In this document: positions 27,812 through 34,656 of the stretch, piece by piece
How the letters are laid out: the number at the start of each line of letters is the position of its first letter
Numbering within the stretch: the stretch's first letter is position 1
Assembly (NCBI GenBank): GCA_900554745.1
Contig: USIU01000001.1
Span: 1-34,656, forward strand
From: an uncultured Leuconostoc sp.
GTDB taxonomy: Bacteria > Bacillota > Bacilli > Lactobacillales > Lactobacillaceae
DNA: 34,656 nucleotides
Reading direction: 5' to 3'
Notes under the pieces: model-generated
Told to the model about the DNA's origin: nothing
The model's input: the letters and a program-made list of their open reading frames with translations, nothing else
The model's database searches: none
Program-made: the position numbers and the translations under genes

Positions 27812-29683
27812 ATGAACAGTACGATCAGTTTTTTTAAATCTATTCGGTTTCGCATCACCCTTGTTTTTGTGTTGCTAATGATTATCGCACTCGAACTTTT
27901 GGGTGCGTTTTTTGTACGCCAAATTGAGCAGCAAAATTTAGCGACTTTTCAGCAACAAATTACATTACCCAAATATGTAACCGATCAAATCACGACGGCA
28001 CTGAAAAACCCAGATACAAATGCGGGTAACCATGAAATCCAAGATGTGTTGGCCAGTTTAAATAATGATAACTTGCAAGAAGCGCAGGTGATTGATCGCA
28101 CTGGTACAATTCGTGGGACGTTGTCGGTTTCAGGACAGCAAACGATTGGCCAAAAGACCACAGATTTAAACGCTCAAAAAGCGATTTCTGGTGAGCAATC
28201 CTTTTTAAAAACTCGCATTATCAATGACAACGGAGATCGTAAGGAATTATTAACCATACCGTTAGGTACGACTTCTGGCCGTGTCCGTGATGTGAGCGGG
28301 GTGATTGTGGTCGCAGCCAGTTTGGCACCGGTTTATCAACACGTGAATAGCGTGATGCGGCTCTTTATCATTGCTGGCTTAATTGCTTTGGTGGCCAGTA
28401 TTGGTTTGGCGTTGTTTTTGGCGCATACGCTAACGCGACCAATTGAACAAATTGATAAACAGACGACCAAAATTGCGAATGGGGACTATTCGATGGTCAA
28501 CCATATTTATGGTTCGGATGAAATTGGCCATCTCGCCCAATCGGTTAACGAACTTTCCACCCGAGTTGAAGAATCCACCGAAACGGTCAACGCGGAACGT
28601 AACCGGTTAGATTCGGTGCTTACGCACATGGCTGATGGTGTTTTGGCAGCTAACCGCCGCGGTGAAGTGACGATTATTAATCAGGCGGCGGCTGATTTTG
28701 TGGGCGTTGATCGCGAAGAAGCCATTGGCAAACATGTGGTTGATTTGCTACACCTGCGTGGTAAGCGCACTTTACGTGACATGCTGGAAAATTTGGATGA
28801 TTTCCAAGTTGATTTGTCAGATGCGGGCAAGGAAGTCGTTGTTCAAGCCTATGTTTCTTTGATTAAACGGCAGTCAGGTTTCATTTCTGGGTTAGTCGTG
28901 GTCTTACATGATATTACAGAGCAACAGCGAATTGATGCCGAACGGCGGATGTTTGTTTCCAATGTGTCACATGAATTGCGGACACCATTGACTTCAGTGC
29001 GTTCTTATGTCGATGCATTAGCTGAAGGCGCGATTAATGATCCTGAAATGGCGCAAAACTTTTTGGGTGTCGTGCAGGATGAAACCCAACGTATGATCCG
29101 GATGATTAACGATTTGTTGGAACTATCACGTTTGGATCAAGGAACGATGGATGTGAAACTAGAGGTGGTCAACCTTAATAGTTTGTTCAATTTTGTCTTA
29201 AATCGTTTCGATATGATTATTGAAAACGATGCAAAAAATGCCGATACCCCAAACAAAAGCTACAACATTAAACGCGAGTTCACCAATGAAGACGTTTGGG
29301 TTGAGGTTGATCCCGATAAGTTTACCCAAGTGTTGGATAACATTATGAATAATGCGGTGAAATATTCGCCAGATGGTGGGACTATTACGGCGCGTTTAAT
29401 TAAAACCAAGACACGGGCAATTTTAAGTATTTCCGATCAAGGATTGGGCATTCCAAGAAAAGATTTGGATAACATTTTCAACCGGTTTTTCCGTGTGGAT
29501 AAATCACGCTCACGGGCCCAGGGTGGGACTGGCTTAGGTCTTGCGATTTCCAAAGAAGTTGTGGAAAAGTTTAATGGGCGTATTTGGGTTGATTCAGTTG
29601 AAAACAAAGGGTCTACCTTCTATATTTCGTTAGCGTATGTGGACGATGCTGAGTTAGAGGAGGATGACTGGGATGCGGAATAA
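27812..29683 (+). CDS. walK: Sensor histidine kinase WalK (YycG)
   Basis: 2 TM segments, HAMP and PAS domains, NVSHELRTPLT, NAVKYSP, DQGLG and GGTGLGL. ATG 27812 preferred. Confidence 0.95.
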   Translation: MNSTISFFKSIRFRITLVFVLLMIIALELLGAFFVRQIEQQNLATFQQQITLPKYVTDQITTALKNPDTNAGNHEIQDVLASLNNDNLQEAQVIDRTGTIRGTLSVSGQQTIGQKTTDLNAQKAISGEQSFLKTRIINDNGDRKELLTIPLGTTSGRVRDVSGVIVVAASLAPVYQHVNSVMRLFIIAGLIALVASIGLALFLAHTLTRPIEQIDKQTTKIANGDYSMVNHIYGSDEIGHLAQSVNELSTRVEESTETVNAERNRLDSVLTHMADGVLAANRRGEVTIINQAAADFVGVDREEAIGKHVVDLLHLRGKRTLRDMLENLDDFQVDLSDAGKEVVVQAYVSLIKRQSGFISGLVVVLHDITEQQRIDAERRMFVSNVSHELRTPLTSVRSYVDALAEGAINDPEMAQNFLGVVQDETQRMIRMINDLLELSRLDQGTMDVKLEVVNLNSLFNFVLNRFDMIIENDAKNADTPNKSYNIKREFTNEDVWVEVDPDKFTQVLDNIMNNAVKYSPDGGTITARLIKTKTRAILSISDQGLGIPRKDLDNIFNRFFRVDKSRSRAQGGTGLGLAISKEVVEKFNGRIWVDSVENKGSTFYISLAYVDDAELEEDDWDAE

Positions 29684-30980
29684 GCCATTTCTTCTCCAAC
29701 AAACCATTTTGAATGTGCTGTTGGTGCTTGCAATTGGGGCCTCAGTTGTTTTAAGTGCTTTGACGTTTAAATCTTTTGGGCCAACCGAAACGGCCAGTCA
29801 ATCTGCAACCCAGCAATCTAACCAACAGCTTATTCAAGTTTTTCGGCCGACCCAATACATTGTGACGCAGGCCAAAGGTCAGCAACATGTTGTCCTCAAA
29901 ACAGATTCTAAACAAATCAAGATGATTAAGAATGCGCTGATGTCAGCGCGTTTTTCCGATGCGCAAACGACAACGGTTAGTTCGCAACGGATTGAAAAAA
30001 TTTTAAGTACCAAAAGTAGCTTGACGTTACGCTATCCGGATGTTATTCCAATTGACTATTTCAATACCCGCTATAACCAACAAGTTGAACGACAAAAGCC
30101 TTTGAATTTTGATTATTTTGTGTTGGCGCTTGATCAGTCGAATAATGGGTATTTTGTGAATACTAAAACGCGGCAGGTAACCACCGTCAAAGTTGGCCGA
30201 CTCGATGACGATGCGGTTTGGCGGGTGGTCAAGCAACTACCTCAGCATACAACGGTTAATTTTAAAACATTGCAAGGCCAGACTGAGTTAAACTACACGC
30301 AATCGTTCAAACTACCGGTCTATTCTTATCTGGTAAATCGACGTGATCCAAAAATGTACGTGTCTGCGTTACTAGGGACGGTAAATCAGCTTGTGATTAC
30401 TGAAGAGGGTGACAAAACGGTTTATACCAATAAATTAAATCACCAAACGGTGACGTATGATCCGGAGTGGGAAACGGTGACTTTTGCGGACAACACAGTT
30501 AAAAACAAGTTACCGAAGTCCTATCTGGACCGCTTGAATCTGAGTTTTGCGCAAATCAACTTATTGCAACTGAACTTAACCGATACGCGTTTCTTTGAAA
30601 GTCAAAATTTTGGTCAATCAGTGACTTATCGGACTTATGTTGAAGGTTTCCCAGTGTATTTCCAATCAGAAAGTGGGGCTATTCATATTGATATGTCGCA
30701 AAATGGTCACCAAACGAGCACATACTCGCTGAATGAATTGGGTGTGCCAGTGCCGAATAATCAACCCGATGTCACATTACCATCAACGGCGACGGTCTTA
30801 AAGCAATTAAACGATGCTGGCGTCAAGGCGAGCGACTACCATTTTATTACCCCAGGTTATGAGTGGCTAATCAACAAAGACAGCCAAGCAGCGGTCAATA
30901 TGGTGCCGACTTGGATGATTGAAACCGACGATGGTTGGCACAGCGTGGCGGCCTACTTAGCAGCAAAAGCGCAACCGTAA
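29673..30980 (+). CDS. walH: WalK regulator WalH (YycH)
   Basis: N-terminal TM, FRPTQ, YRTYVEGFPV, GYEW and PTW; position after walK. SD GAGGAGG at 29657-29663. Confidence 0.85.
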   Translation: MRNKPFLLQQTILNVLLVLAIGASVVLSALTFKSFGPTETASQSATQQSNQQLIQVFRPTQYIVTQAKGQQHVVLKTDSKQIKMIKNALMSARFSDAQTTTVSSQRIEKILSTKSSLTLRYPDVIPIDYFNTRYNQQVERQKPLNFDYFVLALDQSNNGYFVNTKTRQVTTVKVGRLDDDAVWRVVKQLPQHTTVNFKTLQGQTELNYTQSFKLPVYSYLVNRRDPKMYVSALLGTVNQLVITEEGDKTVYTNKLNHQTVTYDPEWETVTFADNTVKNKLPKSYLDRLNLSFAQINLLQLNLTDTRFFESQNFGQSVTYRTYVEGFPVYFQSESGAIHIDMSQNGHQTSTYSLNELGVPVPNNQPDVTLPSTATVLKQLNDAGVKASDYHFITPGYEWLINKDSQAAVNMVPTWMIETDDGWHSVAAYLAAKAQP

Positions 30981-31005
30981 CAGGCAAAACTAAAAGGAGG
31001 CAGTC

Positions 31006-31782
31006 ATGCAATTTAAACGTATAACCGTGTTGATGTTGATTTTGTTTGTTTTGCTGGACATTTTCCTATTTAATTGGTGGCAGGCTGGTCGTGTGGCGCC
31101 AACGCAAGTGGCGGATGCGAACGCCAACATTATTTTGGAGATGAAAAAACAAAATATTAAGTTGCCGAGTTTTAGCACGACCATTAAATATAAAAGTTAT
31201 TTGGCTGCGCAACATGCTAAGAAAGCTGAAATAACGCGTTTGCCCAGTGATTTAAGCACGACGAATGAAGGAGATTCGGAAATGCTTGTTGGCGAATTTC
31301 GTACCACGAAAGGCCTGAAAACACGTGGTGGTGAGCCAACGAGTTTATCCCCTAATGTGATAGCCTATGATGCCGGCTACCGCTACAATCCGATTTTAAC
31401 GGCCAATAAGACCAATGGGGATAAAGTATATTCTCAAGTGGTTAATGGTCTACCGGTGATGACTGAGTCTGGGACAATGGTTTTTCGTTATGATAAAAAT
31501 GGTAAACCAACCAAGGTGGTCAAGCGGCAGTTAATTAATACGCAAAAACTCCGTGATGATCGCCCGCTTATTTCTGAAGAAGAGGCGATTGTGGCGCTTT
31601 ATCGGTACAATGAAATCGACAGTGGGGATCGCTTATCTGAAGGTTACTTGTACTATGATAAAATATTAACAGTGAATGGTTATGATATTTATCTGCCGGT
31701 TTGGGCATTTGAAGCCTACAGCGGAGATGAGAAGTATATTTTGAAAATCAATGCCTTTACTGGGGATAACTTATCGGTATAA
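31006..31782 (+). CDS. walI: WalK regulator WalI (YycI)
   Basis: MQFKRI...FVLLDIFL N-terminal TM, ISEEEAI, YLPVW and INAFTG. Confidence 0.88.
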   Translation: MQFKRITVLMLILFVLLDIFLFNWWQAGRVAPTQVADANANIILEMKKQNIKLPSFSTTIKYKSYLAAQHAKKAEITRLPSDLSTTNEGDSEMLVGEFRTTKGLKTRGGEPTSLSPNVIAYDAGYRYNPILTANKTNGDKVYSQVVNGLPVMTESGTMVFRYDKNGKPTKVVKRQLINTQKLRDDRPLISEEEAIVALYRYNEIDSGDRLSEGYLYYDKILTVNGYDIYLPVWAFEAYSGDEKYILKINAFTGDNLSV

Positions 31783-31844
31783 TTTAATTTAATATTAATT
31801 TGTAACCGATACACTTAAAACAAAGCAATAGATGGGTGAATAAT

Positions 31845-32984
31845 ATGGCGGATAAATCATTAACAAAAATTATTGTAACGGGGGCAATTGCTGGTGTCCT
31901 TGGTGGTGGGGCTATGTTGTATGGGCAGCGTGGTTTGGAAGATGTGCAGCAAGCCAATCAAAAAGTCACCACGAAAGCGGATAAAACGGTGACGATTGCG
32001 AAAGATGCGACAGCGACTTCCGCTTATAATAAAGTCTCTGATGCAGTTGTGTCGGTCTTGAATTTCACACAGACGGGGAAGGACACCTTTCAAGAAGCCT
32101 CTGAAGGATCCGGCGTTATTTATAAGAAATCTGGTGATGCAGCCTACGTGGTCACTAATAACCATGTCATTAACGGGGCAGCACAAATTCAGGTCATGTT
32201 ACACGATGGTCAAAAAGTGACAGCCACGTTAGTTGGTAAAGATGCGATGACAGATTTAGCCGTCTTAAAGATCGCAGCGGATAAGGTGACGACAACGGCA
32301 GCATTTGGGGATTCAAATAAAATTCAAGTCGGTCAAAAAGTGTTAGCCATTGGGTCACCACTCGGGTCACAATATGCCTCATCAGTGACTGAGGGGATTA
32401 TTTCGGCTAAGAAACGGTTAGTGGAATCGACTTCTGAAGATGGGCAAAACTATGGTGGTTCAACAGTGATTCAAACCGATGCAGCGATTAACCCTGGGAA
32501 TTCTGGTGGTCCGCTCATCAATTTTGCTGGCCAAGTCATTGGGATTAATTCCATGAAGTTATCATCTTCTGCCTCTGGCACGAGTGTTGAGGGGATGGGC
32601 TTTGCGATTCCGTCAAACCAGGTGGTCGATATTGTCAACAAGTTGGTTAAATATGGTCAAGTGACCCGTCCGGCTATCGGAATTGGATTAGTTGAACTAT
32701 CAGCCGTGACGGTTGATGATCAAAAGTCGTTGTTGAAGATTCCCGATACTGTTAAAGGCGGTGTTGTCGTGATGAGTTTGACGCCAAATGGGCCAGCAGC
32801 TAAGGCCGGTATTCAAAAGTATGACGTGATCACTGGTATTGATGGTAAGACGGTGACAGGACAAGCGGATTTGCGCGAAGAATTGTATAAGCACGATCTC
32901 AACGATACAGTGACAATTACGTATTATCATCAAGCAGAGAAAAAGACGGTTAAAGTTAAATTAACACAAAAATTAGGAAGTTAA
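31845..32984 (+). CDS. htrA: HtrA-family serine protease with PDZ domain
   Basis: GSGVIY, TNNHV, DLAVL, QTDAAINPGNSGG and a PDZ domain. Confidence 0.96.
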   Translation: MADKSLTKIIVTGAIAGVLGGGAMLYGQRGLEDVQQANQKVTTKADKTVTIAKDATATSAYNKVSDAVVSVLNFTQTGKDTFQEASEGSGVIYKKSGDAAYVVTNNHVINGAAQIQVMLHDGQKVTATLVGKDAMTDLAVLKIAADKVTTTAAFGDSNKIQVGQKVLAIGSPLGSQYASSVTEGIISAKKRLVESTSEDGQNYGGSTVIQTDAAINPGNSGGPLINFAGQVIGINSMKLSSSASGTSVEGMGFAIPSNQVVDIVNKLVKYGQVTRPAIGIGLVELSAVTVDDQKSLLKIPDTVKGGVVVMSLTPNGPAAKAGIQKYDVITGIDGKTVTGQADLREELYKHDLNDTVTITYYHQAEKKTVKVKLTQKLGS

Positions 32985-33003
32985 CGTGCGCGTTAACTTT
33001 TTT
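32978..33003 (+). terminator. Terminator after htrA
   Basis: AAGTTAACG-TGCG-CGTTAACTT plus T tract. Confidence 0.85.
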
Positions 33004-33050
33004 CTTTACTTATTTTTTACAAATCAATCAGGGTACATGTTTTCTGAAAA

Positions 33051-33570
33051 TGTTAATAAATCGACTGAAAATGTTGATAAATCGGTGTAAAAGTCGATGA
33101 AATGTGGATAAGTCGCGGTTGTGGTGTTGAAAACTAAGGGTATTTGTTAAGTTTTAATTAAATAGCCGAGCGAACACGAGAAAACGTGCGATTTTTGTCA
33201 ATTTTTGACCAATCTTGTCAAAAATATGTCAATGTTTGTCTTTAGCGCATGAGCAGAACGTATACTGTATGAAAATCGATGGTTAGGTTAAAAATAAGAA
33301 CGTTCAGCGTTATTTGTGATTTAATGTTAAGGGAACATCTGTGCTTATCCACAGTTGTGGATAAAAAAGTGGAAAACTGTGGATAAGGCCAATAATTGAG
33401 GGCGAAATTTGACTAAAACGCCGTTCAAAAACGTGGAAAAAGTTATCCACATTTTGTTTAAAATGGGTCAAAATCTGTGGATAAAAAAATATGCGAACAT
33501 GATAAGTACTGGTATAATAGGCATATTGAGATGTTGTGTTTGTGTTGTTCGTATGACAAATTGTGGATAA
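33051..33570. promoter_or_regulatory. DnaA-box cluster
   Basis: Perfect TTATCCACA/TGTGGATAA at 33103, 33345, 33356, 33378, 33443, 33476 and 33562. Degenerate boxes at 33051, 33072, 33368 and 33432. Confidence 0.92.
33510..33518 (+). promoter_or_regulatory. Extended -10 promoter of rlmH
   Basis: TGgTATAAT flanked by DnaA boxes at 33476 and 33562. Confidence 0.7.
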
Positions 33571-33636
33571 GTAGTCAGACACAAATGTTTGCATTGTGAT
33601 TAAAAAGTTTAAGAAAATGTAAAGGGATTCGCCGTC

Positions 33637-34116
33637 ATGAACATTAAAATTATTACTGTTGGCAAGTTAAAAGAAGATTATTTGAAAGCGGGGATTGCTG
33701 AATATACAAAGCGACTATCTCGTTTTGCGAAGACAACGATGATTGAATTGCCTGATGAGAAAACGCCGGATAAGGCAAGTGCAGCTCAGAACCAACAAAT
33801 TCTCATGAAAGAAGGGGCGCGTATCCAAGAAAAAATTGGGGCACGTGATTTTGTTATTGTATTAGCAATTGAGGGTAAACAACTTCCATCGGAGGCGTTT
33901 GCGCAAAAGTTAGCCGATGTGACAGTAGCCGGCTATTCAGATATCACGTTTATTATTGGGGGGTCATTAGGGCTGGATCCGATGATCAAGCAACGTGCTG
34001 ATATGAAAATGAGCTTTGGTCTTTTGACACTACCGCATCAATTAATGCGGTTGGTGTTAGTTGAGCAAATCTATCGGGCTTTTATGATCCAACAAGGCTC
34101 CCCGTACCATAAATAA
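33637..34116 (+). CDS. rlmH: 23S rRNA (pseudouridine1915-N3)-methyltransferase
   Basis: [35 protein letters not shown] and PYHK. Confidence 0.98.
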   Translation: MNIKIITVGKLKEDYLKAGIAEYTKRLSRFAKTTMIELPDEKTPDKASAAQNQQILMKEGARIQEKIGARDFVIVLAIEGKQLPSEAFAQKLADVTVAGYSDITFIIGGSLGLDPMIKQRADMKMSFGLLTLPHQLMRLVLVEQIYRAFMIQQGSPYHK

Positions 34117-34162
34117 ATACTTTTAGGTCGTATAGACACAGTTGAGCCGAAAAAAGGCCAAC

Positions 34163-34192
34163 AAAAAAACCAGTACGCGTACTGGTTTTTTT
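34163..34192. terminator. Bidirectional terminator between rlmH and the small ORF
   Basis: Perfect 30-bp palindrome AAAAAAACCAGTACGCGTACTGGTTTTTTT. Confidence 0.9.
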
Positions 34193-34206
34193 AGTCTCAG
34201 ATATGA

Positions 34207-34350
34207 TTACTTTGTTTCAGGTAATTCTTCTGACTTACCCTTTGCCCATTGTTGCAACTTTGCAATCGCAATTTGGCGTTGCTTCTTGGCTGAGTTGTGT
34301 CCGACCTTGCGAGCACGGGCGAATGAATTAAGCGGCTTCTTTAATGCCAT
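34207..34350 (-). CDS. Unannotated small basic protein, 47 aa (MALKKPLNSFARARKVGHNSAKKQRQIAIAKLQQWAKGKSEELPETK)
   Basis: SD AAAGGAG 9 nt upstream, promoter TTGTTT-17-TATAAT (34420-34392, minus strand) and a terminator downstream. All 9 Lys codons are AAG. Confidence 0.85.
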   Translation of the reverse strand: MALKKPLNSFARARKVGHNSAKKQRQIAIAKLQQWAKGKSEELPETK

Positions 34351-34474
34351 GATGGGTACTCCTTTTTCAAATGTTTTACATACAAGATATTATTATACGT
34401 TATATATCCCGAAAAAACAAGGCTTTACGAATAACCCGTGCTAAATTCAGACCAACTTAGGGTACAATAGGATT

Positions 34475-34656
34475 ATGGAATTTTGGACAGAAGCAACAAT
34501 TGAAGATTTTCGTCGCACATTACTGGACTGGTATGATCGTGAGGGCCGGGCAAACTTGCCTTGGCGGGTGAACCATGATCCCTATCGGGTACTGGTATCT
34601 GAAATCATGCTACAGCAAACGCAAGTGGATACCGTATTACCTTATTATGAGCGGTT
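34475..34656 (+). CDS. mutY: A/G-specific adenine glycosylase MutY (5' part, truncated by window edge)
   Basis: [60 protein letters not shown], with LPWR, DPY and SEIMLQQT motifs. Confidence 0.95.
   Translation, partial: MEFWTEATIEDFRRTLLDWYDREGRANLPWRVNHDPYRVLVSEIMLQQTQVDTVLPYYER

Noticed and set aside
33298..33306. LexA box in the htrA-rlmH spacer (GAACGTTC)
   Set aside because: The half-sites have no 4-bp spacer, so it is not a valid operator.
33310..33594. 94-aa minus-strand ORF and a 22-codon Cys-rich ORF (33531-33599) in the spacer
   Set aside because: They overlap DnaA boxes, have no SD and have non-protein-like composition. Neither resembles the CxxH/CxxC protein found at this locus in Bacillus.
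32985..33636. Replication origin (oriC)
   Set aside because: No dnaA/dnaN nearby, no evident DnaA-trio or unwinding element, and gene orientation does not switch. It fits the known rlmH-linked box cluster better.
34096..34200. Integrated island at the rlmH 3' end (SCCmec-type attB hotspot)
   Set aside because: No recombinase, direct repeat or foreign DNA follows; the site appears empty.
34142..34444. 100-aa + strand ORF in the track
   Set aside because: It runs through a terminator and is antisense to the well-supported 47-aa gene.

Overview
Core-chromosome window of a heterofermentative lactic acid bacterium. Proteins and gene content look Leuconostoc-like (inference). Almost all genes lie on the + strand. 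Order: radA, a small membrane protein, gltX, a quinone oxidoreductase, adhP with Rex-like operators, an acidic hypothetical, a SAM hydrolase (DUF62) + ECF transporter operon, a small hypothetical with a LexA box, rpsF-ssb-rpsR, gdpP-rplI-dnaB, ybaK divergent from a GntR regulator, phosphoketolase xfp, a PHP/HAD/Nudix/MFS/Cof/tpx block, prs, walRKHI-htrA, a DnaA-box cluster, rlmH, an unannotated 47-aa basic protein and the start of mutY. No mobile element, CRISPR, tRNA or rRNA was seen. The interest is in non-coding and small features. (1) A riboswitch-like leader with terminator and antiterminator before the SAM hydrolase/ECF operon, matching no family I recognise. (2) A recurring layout in which a hairpin separates the SD from the start codon (gltX, SAM hydrolase, walK, 6034 ORF). 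(3) A likely SOS-controlled unknown gene that may read through into ssb. (4) A missed 47-aa Lys-rich gene with high-expression hallmarks. (5) An ATC start for radA. (6) Likely leaderless genes. (7) Seven perfect DnaA boxes upstream of rlmH. All RNA structures were paired by eye, not computed.
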